Shown: positions 13,049 to 23,400 of the stretch, piece by piece
Layout of the letters: each line of letters opens with the position of its first letter
How positions within the stretch are numbered: the stretch's first letter is position 1
Assembly (NCBI GenBank): GCA_905178155.1
Contig: CAJINV010000002.1
Span: 12,223,621 to 12,287,620 of the forward strand
Origin: Amoebophrya sp. A120
Lineage: Eukaryota > Protista > Dinoflagellata
Direction of reading: 5' to 3'
Length of the DNA stretch: 64,000 bases
Program-made: the position numbers and the translations under genes
Notes under the pieces: generated by a model
Database searches by the model: none
Seen by the model: the letters and a program-made list of their open reading frames with translations, nothing else
Told to the model about the DNA's origin: nothing

Positions 13049-16000
13049 CTACACGACCTTGCCGTTTTCCCCCGTAGCGTCCTGCGACAGCTCCACGACG
13101 GTTCCCAAATCAGCGGCCTGTAGCTTCGTCCGCGAAACGCTTTCCTCCTTTTCCACCGCGAAGTTGCTTTTTCCGCTGAGGTCCATCATCCCGAAGGCAC
13201 CAAGCAGGAGAACGAAGCTGGCGGCCAGGCCACCGATCATGACGAGCGCTCGCATGTTGCCAACGAGGCTGTACAAGAAGGACGAAGAGTGAAAGACAAA
13301 CGAGAAGTGCGCGAGCATTCCGGCCGGGGAAGAAGTGCTTGTGGTGCCAGTGTTCATCTGGTGTGCGCTGCCCGCCATCAGTTTCTGACTTTCTCCAGCA
13401 CCCGGGTGCTGCGCCGCGCCGTCGTAGTAAGCCAGATCATCTTCCACCACGTTTGTTGTTGTTGTTCCAGAGGCGACGTCCGCCAGCTGGTTGTTGACGA
13501 CGTTCTTCGGTTCTTCAAATAGCTCGATGGGCGTGCACAAGTCGCGGCTGTACTCAAAGCAACTGGCGGCTTGCCCCGCGGTGCGGGGGTTCCCCTTGCT
13601 GAAGAACAGTGTATTGAACAGGCCGGCTGAGTTCGAGCCGTATCGTCCCTGGAGCTGCGTCGTGCGGCCGGACGAGGAGGACGAGGATGTGGGCCTACCT
13701 GCACCCCCTCCGTTCAAGTACGCGCCGTGGTGGCCGTATTTCAGGACGGGCAGGTCCGGGTTTGGCCTGATTTCCGGCAGCGCGTGCAACCGTTCCAGGT
13801 CCTGCGGCTGGAGGAGGTTCAGTTTGTAGTAATCCGAGTTCACAAGTTCCCGGAAATACGCAACCACCTCGTCATCCTCGTTCGCAACCTCCGCGATCTC
13901 TGCGTCGTTCAGGAACAGGTTGCTGTAGTCAAAGCGGCCGCGCAGCCCGTAGGAGTAGAAATCCTCCTGGGCGTACGGGGCAGTGATGGCGTCCCACATG
14001 TTGAGAAACCGCGAAGACTTGGTCATCACCTTCTGCCCGTTGGCCTGGATCACTTCGCTCTCTTGCCTCTCCATACCGGGGTAGGGCTTGATGTGGTCCA
14101 TGCGGTAAAGGGAGAGCTTCCCGCGGAGAAGGACGTTCGCTCGTTCATCCACTTCCGCGACGCAGTTCCCACCTGTCAGTGATTGATGTAAGTAGCATGT
14201 TGGTGCCAGGACCAGGAGACTGTCAGTACAGACAAATTGCGGGGGCTGTCGAGTAGATGCAATTAGGTGGGAGGAAGCAAGAATGGCCTATTGCTATCTT
14301 ATACCTACACCTAATGGTAATGGTTTTGGTTGTATCAAGAGGCGTGCTCCTCCTGCTACTGACCAGAGATCACGAACATGATTGACGATGACAGGTACCC
14401 TGGTAAACTAAGTCTACCAGGGTACCTGTCAGTTGTAGACTGTAGTGCTGTTCTTTTCATATATAAATCGAAATAACGAAGAAGAACCACGAAGAACAAG
14501 AAGTTGAGCATTAGAGAATAGCTACGTTTCTTTTTGTCCTGCGCCGCCTTCTCCTTCTTTGCTTCGGCATCTAGATACTCGAGGTGCTTGACCGTGCCGA
14601 TCATGCCTGCGAACCCGAGCTTGACCTCCGAGGGGAAGATTTCGTTGAAGTTGTATTACAGTGAAAAGTGCCCCCCACTCCTCAAATTGGAAAAATTTGT
14701 GATGCGAAGGTTGCAAATGAAAACTTTTTGTCATGCATGAAACGAGTATGAATCTTTCTGATGCAGAGTCTAGGCGTGCATCGCATCGCTTGCATGACAA
14801 GCGCCGCTCTTGCTGGGGTCTTTTGCAATACAAATTTTCGCTATTCACGAGTGGAAACCTGTGATGCTGAAAGGTGCAAGAGGGCGAATGTTTCATTTGG
14901 AAAGGTTTGCAATACAAATGCTTTCAAGTTCGGGGGTGGGGGCATTTTTCATTCTGATAAGTTGAGGTAAATCTTCTGCATTTGCTCCTTGCGCACGGCG
15001 TCCTCCAAGTTTTCCATGCGCTGCACCTCCCGAGTGAACAAGCCAATTTTGTTCGCTTCCAGCACGTGCTGAAAGCCCTTGAAGAAGACGCCGTCCTCGA
15101 TTCGATGCGGCTCGTTCGGAAATTTGACCCGGTCCATGTTGACCCGGGTGGCGCGCGCCTCGATGGCGGAAATAACACTGTCGACGAAGGCGGCGAGCGC
15201 CAGAGTGGCGGGAAACGTCGAAGCGATGTCTACCACCGAAATCGATCGGTACACATCGAGGATAGTGTGGACCAGGGTCTCGCGATCCAGGTTTTCCGCG
15301 ATGCTGGTGTCGCTGGTGTTGTCGATCCGGATCTGCATGAAAAGGGTGGAGTTGATGTTGAAGTCGGTCCAGTTGAAGGGCAAGCGGTCGAGCAGCTTCG
15401 AGTGTTCCGGCAAATGCAGCCGTTCGTGGGCCCACTCCCACATCTGCCGCCTCTTGTAGTTCTTGCCGCCACGGCGGCTCTTCGGGTCCCGTTGCGCCTC
15501 CGCGTTGGCCAAGTACTGCTTCGAGGCTTCGGGGGTGAGCAGGTACTTGGCCAGCGGGATCGACATGATCTGCGCGGCTTGGCCCAGCATGGTGTGCAGG
15601 TTAAACTCCGCTTTTGCGGCGGTCGACTGGTTTGTCAAAAACAGCAGGTCAATGTCCTCTGACTCCTCGATCTCGATCTGCACCAGCGCCTCCGGGTCAT
15701 TCGGATCCGCTATTTGTTCGCCAGTCGATGTTGACGTTGTTTGCGTTTGTTTATTTGCTGAGGACGACGGCGCGACGGTCGTGGAGGACACTGCGTCTGT
15801 GTCCACCATCCCGCCTTGCTGCTGCTGCTCTGTCCCCGCCACGTGCAGCCCCTCGAGAACGGAGGACTTTTCGACTTCGGACAAGTTTAAGGCGTTCAAC
15901 GCGTTCAGACTGGAGGTGACATTGGTGCTGTTCTCGATCCAGACACGCTGCGTGTGCCGGGAGTGCAGGTGGACCTCGTGCGTGTTCAGTGCCTGCTCGG

Positions 16001-17835
16001 ACTCTTGCAGCTTTTTCACCTCATCAGAAGAAAGCGTGTTAGCGATAGATTTGACCTCCTCCAGCAGCTCCTTGGTGGCCTCGCTGTTCTGGTCTGAATT
16101 TGGACTGCTGGAGGCACCGTCCGAATTCATGTCTGGAGACGGGTCCGAATTGATGTTGTCCTGCTCCGTGGGCGTGCTTGTTCTGCGACCCTTCTTTGAT
16201 GCCGAACGGGCCTCGGCCTTGTGGGTATCGACAAACTTCTCAAACTTGTTGCTCAGCGCGTCGTTGTTGGCCTTCTTGTTCACCCGCTTCACGTCAGTCT
16301 GCAGGGTGGCGCGCTCGGTGTCATTGAACGAAGTTCGTAGAAGCGAGGACTTGGAATCCGCGACGGTCTGTGGGGATTGATGTTGGTGCAGTTTTGGTTG
16401 GGGGATAATATATGGATAAATCCGGTTCCGTTACAGTCACTAAAGCCTCTACGTATGTAAAGTCATTCATCAACGCAGCACGGACAAGCAGATTCTACTG
16501 TTTGCTTTTCTTTTGCTAGAAGAAGCACAACGTCGAATCACGATGAGTATATGACTTTTTCTTTTAGTTTTATCTATGTTTTTTCATCATTTTCATACCT
16601 GCAGATGTCGCTCCAGCTTGGAGTTTAGGGACTGAATCAGGCGTCCGTGATCTTCCGCAACGAGGTTTTCCAAATCGAACGTCGCCAGAGGCGAGCGGAT
16701 GAAGTGCTCAAGAAAGGCCATCATCTGCAGGAGACTCGCCAAGGTCAACTGGTTCAGGTCTACGCCGAAGAGCTCCAACAACAGAACTCCTATGGGATCG
16801 GTGTCGGCGTTCAAGCGCGCCACTTGCGGCCTGGATCCGCGGCCGTTCTTGTTCGTGTGAGAAACGCGGGAACTCCAAACGCCGGTAGTAACGACGGGAA
16901 CCTTGACGGCGGCCTCGTCGCGAATGTCCTTCGCGAACTCCTTCACGATGGCGCGGGCCACGCGCTCGTGCGCGATCATGTCATTCTCGTAAGCATACTG
17001 CAGCTCCGAACTCTTGGCGTCCAGTTGCATCGGTGATCCTACTATGGATTGCAAAAATGTCTGGGTCTGGAAGATTGCTAGGTTTGTCAGGCAGGTTTTC
17101 CATGACCCACGCGCTCTGGCATGCACGGCCTAGCGTGACAGGTTCTGTGAAACCTCTATCATGCCTTTCCTGCATGAGAAACTGCCTCTAAAGTTGTTCA
17201 AAAGCGGAGCTCTTTTGGTAATCATGCAACACAAAACTTTCCACGATCCAGATTTAGCATGACAAGCTACATCCTTCCAGACCCAGACACTTTTGCATTT
17301 CATACCTACCATGGTGCCGTGGATTTCGACCGCCCGCTTCTGCTATCCTGTGCAAAAGTATCGCACTCGTATAAATGCAAGTCTTTCATTACAAATCTTG
17401 CCCCCAAGGCAAATCTGCATTACAAATCTTATGTCTCACGCTGAGGAAATTTGTAATGCATTTATACGAGTACGATACTTTAACTTTTGCAATTCATATC
17501 TGCATCCATTGCGGGATCTGCCCCTGAACTTTCTCGCTCCATTCGCTGATGTTTCCTGCCGACGTGGTGGTTAAGTTCTTGTAATAGTTTAGCGTACCGT
17601 TCGCGAAAAACTGCTCGTAGTCGTGCATCGAGGAAAGGAAATCCCCGTGCTCTACCTTGTCGAACGTAAACAGCTTCGAGAGTTTTTTGTGCACATCCTC
17701 TATGGAGGGTGCAGCCGCCGCGCTGCCCAGTGGTGCTGCCGTCGTGCTGGCGCTGGACAATGCCTGTGGCGTGGTAGCCAAGTAAATCAAAGCAAACAGT
17801 CGTGTCCGTAGCGCGTTCATATTAGGCATTGGCAT
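13049..17835 (-). CDS. Type I membrane/secretory protein (~1154 aa), 6 exons, 3 introners plus 2 canonical introns
   Basis: Exons 17835-17499, 17338-17305, 17037-16599, 16367-14960, 14648-14526 and 14172-13049 sum to 3465 nt and are open. Signal-like LFALIYLATTPQALS and C-terminal TM ALVMIGGLAASFVLLLGAFGMM. GT-AG introns 16598-16368 and 14525-14173. Confidence 0.8.
14654..14959. mobile_element. 306-bp TIR introner (family D), TSD AGTTG
   Basis: TATTACAGTGAAAAGTGCCCCCCAC / GTGGGGGCATTTTTCATTCTGATA; AGTTG at 14649-14653 and 14960-14964; excision gives KIYLN-FNEIFPSEVK. Confidence 0.9.
17043..17304. mobile_element. 262-bp TIR introner (family A), TSD CCTAC
   Basis: TATGGATTGCAAAAATGTCTGGGTCTGGAAG / CTTCCAGACCCAGACACTTTTGCATTTCATA; CCTAC at 17038-17042 and 17305-17309; readable as GT-AG using the TSD. 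Confidence 0.93.
17344..17498. mobile_element. 155-bp TIR introner (family B), TSD TCTGC
   Basis: TATCCTGTGCAAAAGTATCGCACTCGTATAAATGCA / TGCATTTATACGAGTACGATACTTT...TTGCAATTCATA; TCTGC at 17339-17343 and 17499-17503; excision gives PQWMQ-KRAVEIHG. Confidence 0.92.
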
Positions 17836-19036
17836 CACGAAGGTGGTTAATATAACAGTAATTCAAAGGTTAGGAGTTGCTTGCTTTCGAAAAAAAAGAA
17901 CCCTTTACGACCTCACTGAAGATAACCAACACCTGCTAAATGGGAAATCATAATAAACATGGTTAAAAAGGTCAAGCAGGAGACGAGGATTTCCTGTTTG
18001 AGTTTTTGATTTGACATGATGTTCGTAGAAGAAGTCACAACTGCAACTGATGCAAAATCTTGAAAATGTTGACGATGACGATCACCAGGAAGGTTCAAAA
18101 AGAAATTCACGAATCATGGTGCGAGTTGTCAGCTGGATTGCTGTATGTGGGTGGTAAACGACCACGACAACCTGAAAAGGTTGAGTTTGTAAGTACGATG
18201 GGGGCTGGCGGACGAAGACGATCCCACACAATACTGTATACATACTTTTCTGTAATCATGAAAATGAACGAGAGGAATACGCTGCACGAGATCATAATCT
18301 AGGTCGCAGAAACACTTCCTACTTCTTGTTCTTCTGCCTTTTGGTTATTATAATCGGCCATTCATACGATTTCATTTTCAACGATGAAACTAAGAAGGAA
18401 CCCTTAAATAATATCATATAATGAAAGATACCATACGTTGTACTTAATTCCGTTACCTCCGTGAACAAACAATTGGATGTCGTGAACGAATCCAATGAGA
18501 GACGAACAAAAATCCGCCCAACATCAAGACCAAAGTTAGTGGAGGTTCTGCAACATGTTATTGTGCGCGAATAAATGACGCATCGCACTACTAGGGGTAG
18601 AAGGGCTAGCCGTAGCCATCTCTTTTATCAGAGCAAGAATAACAAGGATGGATATCCGGCATTTGAGCAGCTGCCCATCGTGATATTGTTAGAGAAAGCG
18701 ACGCTGTGAAGCCTAGAAGTCAACGGATTCCGCTCGGGCAAGGTCGTTTAAGGTTTCCCGGGAAGCCTTCGGCTTCGCTCGTGCTAAAGTGTGTGTTGCA
18801 ATGCAACCGAAAACGCGGCGCGCGCATGGACTCCGCTGCTATTTGTGTACACAACCGCGCCGCGTCTCTCTGTGTTGGCGTCTCATGTGCTTAAATCGCC
18901 ACAGTCGGTTGCGGATTGCGAGCAACCTGGCGGCCCCGGCAAACCGGCGCACATTTCCCGCGGAATTTGCATCGCGGATTTTCTGCCCCAATTTGGTCCG
19001 CCTCGGAGGGCCTCCCTTCCCCCGATGCTGCGGCCC

Positions 19037-19425
19037 CGATTTCGGGAGAGGATTCCACACAGGATTCCGCAGAGGGTTCCAAAATCCTCTCCGGAATCCT
19101 CTGGCCCAAGTTGCGCCGTCTTTCGCGCCCTTTCCCCGACGGGACTACCTCGATTTCGGGGGAGGATTCCACAGAGGATTCCGGAGAGGATTCCAAAATC
19201 CTCTCCGGAATCCTCTGGCCCGGAATCCTCTGGCCCGGAATCCTCTCCGGAATATCCTCTCCGGAATCCTCTGACCGGATTCGCGCCGTCCTTCGCGGTC
19301 TTTCCCCGGCGGCACATCGTCGATTTCGGGAGGGGATTCCGGAGAGGATTCCTCCGGAGACTCCACAATCCTCTCCGGAATCCCCTGGCCCAATTTGTGT
19401 CGTCTTTCGTGCCCTTTCCCCCGTG
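19037..19425. repeat. Three higher-order repeat units built from AGAGGATTCC / GGAATCCTCT inverted motifs
   Basis: Units start with CGATTTCGGG at 19037, 19151 and 19321; each holds forward then reverse copies of the motif. Confidence 0.85.
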
Positions 19426-19439
19426 GTATGCACTACCTC

Positions 19440-19931
19440 AGCCGGGCGGATTTCCCCGGGAACAGGGCGGACCGACCCCCCGAAGCGAGGGCGGACCCCC
19501 CGGGGAGCGGGCGGATCCCCCGAAGAGCGGGCGGATCCCCCGGAGAGCGGGCGGATCCCCCGGGGAGCGGGTGGGTCCCCGGGGAGCGGGCGGATCCCCG
19601 GGGAGCGGGCGGATCCCCTGGGCGAAGGCGGAACCCCGGGGGACGGGCGGATCCCCTGGGCCAAGGCGGATCCCCTTGGCGAAGGCGGATCCCCGGGAAG
19701 CGGGCGGATCCCCTGGGCCAAGGCGGATCCCCGGGCGGGGAGCGGGCGGATCCTCGGGGAGCGGGCGGATGGATCCCCTGGGGGAAGGCGGATCCCCGGG
19801 AAGCGGGCGGACCCCCTGGGCGAAGGCGGATCCCCGAGGAGCGGGCGGATCCCCTGGGCGAAGGCGGATCCCCGGGGAGCGGGCGGATCCCCGGGCAACG
19901 GGCGGATCCCCGGGGAGCGGGCGGATCCCCC
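19440..19931. repeat. GC-rich ~20-bp minisatellite (GGGGAGCGGGCGGATCCCC and variants)
   Basis: More than 20 tandem degenerate copies with a GGCGGATCCCC core. Confidence 0.92.
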
Positions 19932-20443
19932 AAAAAAGTCCACAAATCGAAATCACGACGCTATGCTTATTTTTTTCCCGTCATTCTAAACACAAGAAAA
20001 CCACGCTGCCGTCGTGATTCGTTGGCTTAGGTCTCAGAGCGTCAGGGTCTCTATTGTTATTGCTTTATTCAATCAGTTCAAAAACACCACTAAACTCTCA
20101 CACGACAGGAGACCGAGACACCCACCGCCGGTCGACGTCTTGGCATACAATAGAGAATTTAGATTTACTTCACTTTTTCTATTTCTTGGAAAATCGGCTA
20201 TAAACTTAAACAAAACCATTCCGGACGATTTAAAAATCGAAATCCATCGACACTCAAAATGATGGGATTGGTTTCCCACCAGAATTACAGATAGCCAAGC
20301 TGGACGGAGGGACACCACCAGATCCAAAAATCATAGGCCTGGAACAGGCGTTCAACGCTGACACGAGCGAGTTTCACCACGCTCAATCACATCGTGATGT
20401 TAAGGACAAGGTGCTTGCTGTGTCTTCTGTCAGTGAGAAGCCC

Positions 20444-23400
20444 TCACCAGGAAGAGCCCCACTGGCACTGCCAGCCTCCACCACCGCGGCGTTGCCGCTT
20501 TTGCTTGCTGCCCTCTTCCTCACCGTGCCACGCGGCCCGGGACCATTTTTTGTTTTTGTCCTTGTTGCTCTTCCACCAATTTTGCTCTGTGGACTGTTGA
20601 TTTTGAACCTGTGCACCTCCACCAGCGCAGCTCCCGCCGTTGAACCACGAATATACACCGTCAAAATCTTTCCCGCCCGAAGACGGTCGGCCGTAGACGC
20701 CCGCCCCCGCAGGCAATTTGTAGCTATCGAGAGGTCCAAGATCCTCAAGCTTCTTCTTCAACGCCGGCGGATCGCGGTACCAGCCTAGTTTCCAATCCTC
20801 GGCACTCAGCGCGTCCACAGCCAAATGATGCTGAATCCAAAACAGCGTAAATGGCTCGACGTACGGCTCTAATTCCGGCTTCACCAGCTCATCCTTATGG
20901 TTCAGCACCTTGTCTGCCATGCGTCCCATATTTAGCCTGATGTGAAGTGAAGCGCATTAAAGTTGATGGATCACGTGCTGCTTTTTAATTTATTTGTTGG
21001 TTTATTTTTGCAGCGATGGGTGCACTATCGTGTCAATTCCAATTGCAATTCATTGTGCTGCGTATCAACTTCAACTAACATCATGAAAGAACGTGGCTAC
21101 CCTTCACCCTAACACGACGACAAGAGCAAGACCAAGTAGAGAGACTTTCGAAAAACTGCTGATTCCCCTCCTTTTACCATTGGAGCAGCATCAAAGAGGT
21201 AGCTACTTGCGGCCGTATCAAGATCAACCGCGGCTCGATAAAAGCAACAGAAATACCGCCTGAGCTCGTCCGGTTCCGCGGTCGCCAGCCAGGCAAGAAA
21301 ATTCACGTCTGCAGTGGCTGCGAAGTGTGCGGTGTCGCTATCGCCGCGTGAGTGGATAAAGTTCAAAAAGAGCCGCATGAACCGAGCGATATGCAATCCT
21401 TGCCGGACCTGTTTGGGCATGCTTCTCTTACACCAAAAATTGAGACGGTTGAAGATACTCGGTGAGATTGTCTTCGCCTCGCAGATTTCCGTGATTTTAG
21501 CGGCAATATATCGGTTCTCGTTGAAGTTGTAATTGTAGTGCGTTTCTGGAGTCTCCGGAAAAATCCCCTGCTTGCATTCATGCGGCCTGTAGATAACCTG
21601 TTGTGCATAATTATGTGGTCGCTTGATGCTAAAGCTAATCTGCAAAGCAAAAGCTGCTGTTTCTAAGAAACGCGAAGCACCCTTCCCCGACCGGAACCCA
21701 GTAAAAGAAAGCGATTCACCCCTGCATCTAAAATTAATAATTCGTTGTTGTACGCTAAAAAAAAACGATACATGTCGTGAAGATGTGCTACCTATGCAAG
21801 TAGCGATCTCCTTCAACTTAAGCTTAACGCTAACCATAACCAAGGAAGCAACTATAATGGTTCGGCCATACAACGCTTACGCATACCTGGTAAGACACAC
21901 TGAATTTGCGCCCTTGAAAAACCTTTGGAGGCTCGATACTTTTAAAGTTCTGCTCCTCAAGTGTGCACGGGACCCAGCTGATAGTGCGCGAATTTGTTTC
22001 GATCTTTTTGCCTCTGTTCGCTTCCCCGTAGATTCGATCGCAAAGAGCCACAAGCAAGTTTTCCCCACAGTTCTTGTCTGGCACCGTGACAAGCGAGTCG
22101 AAATCGCTGTCAGCGCAGCTATATTGCCCCCAGCGTGACCCCTGAAGCAACAGCCTCGGCTTTTCCAATGTCTCAAACACTTCACACACAGCAGCACACG
22201 CTGGTGTCTTCGTCTCCGCACCAAGCAAAAGCTGCCCGATTACGTAATCGCTTGCCTCCCTCTGCGCTCTGTGGCGATCATCCGGCTCATTCTGCCACTT
22301 GGCGCGCACCTCGCTGAATTTTTCGTCTTCTAGCTGTGTGTTTTCCTCTCCGGCAGCCTGAAGCTTCTTCTCGTAATGTTTAAAGCACTGCGTTGTAGTT
22401 GGAACGGCCAGCCGCAACTCGTCGAACATCAAGGGAGGCCGGACACGCCGCTCTTCTACGTTTACTTTGGCTCCGCAACTTTGCTCGCCAGCTGCAGTCG
22501 TTCTTGACGATGAAGAGCAGTGGTGTATTGCGAGACTCGCACCTTCATTGCCGATACCGTACGAGCCCCGGCAGGCCGACCCCGCTTCCTTTGCCTCAGC
22601 GTCGTCGTGGTCTATGCGGCCGAACGGATTGTGACAAGTTGCTGTGCGGCTGATTCCTGCTTCGTAGCATGGCGCGCCGTCAGTCTCTTCGCGCAGCTCG
22701 CCATCGCTCATTTTCCTGAACGCAAGTTTCAAGTGGTCCAAGTTCCCAAGATGATCTTACGCATGTAACCGATTTTAAAAATTTCGCGCCCCGGGTTCGC
22801 GCAAATGTGACAAAGCGCGTAGGCAGGTTCTAGCGCTGCTTTCCTCGCGCCTTGACATAGTGCGCCGAAGCGGATGCGTCCGTCGCAATGGTACAAGTGC
22901 GACACCCGGCCACTTTCTGTTGGCCACAGGTGCGCACGCAAATGCACAGGGGCCGGGCCCCCAGCAGCCCCACACAGTGCCACACCCGCGCCAGAAGCTC
23001 AGAAAACTTCTCGCGCAGCCGCAGCCAATCGGAACAACACTGGGCGCTCTCGGTCATGGTGCCCCCGAAGCCCGAAGTCGTGACCCAGCTTCGAACCCGC
23101 GCTCACTCAGAGCGCGGGCACAGATAAATAAGCTTGCAGGATCGGGGGCTCCCGATCTTACGAGCAAAAGCCCCCAACCTCGTCCCGGCAACATAGCGAG
23201 ATCCACGAAAGCGGCCTCCCGATCTCGCTGATCTCGTGCCGATCTCATCTCCGGCCGATCTCGCGGCGATCCCCGGCCGATCTCGCACCCCCTCCCGCCG
23301 ATCTCGCTGCGATATAACTCACGGCCGATATTGATCTTACTGGCCAGCGCCCGCAGGTCGGAAATTCCTTCCCATTTTCGCTGTAGAATGAATTTCCGCC

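Larger units (their letters stand above)
18690..20053. mobile_element. ~1.36-kb non-autonomous TIR element with internal minisatellites, intergenic
   Basis: Imperfect ~45-bp TIR: TAGAGAAAGCGACGCTGTGAAGCCTAGAAGTCAACGG versus the reverse complement of the right end, TAGAGACCCTGACGCTCTGAGACCTAAGCCAACGA. Direct repeat TATTGTT at 18684-18690 and 20052-20058. Confidence 0.75.

Noticed and set aside
18609-18619. GCCGTAGCCAT matches the 5' half of the dinoflagellate spliced leader
   Set aside because: Only 11 nt, lacks TTTGGCTCAAG, and lies antisense to all genes.
19440-19931. CRISPR-like array
   Set aside because: Contiguous degenerate repeats with no unique spacers or cas genes, in a eukaryotic context.
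18789-20030. Long overlapping ORFs (350-408 aa) on both strands
   Set aside because: They arise from stop-free GC-rich tandem repeats inside a TIR element, and the products are repetitive in every frame.
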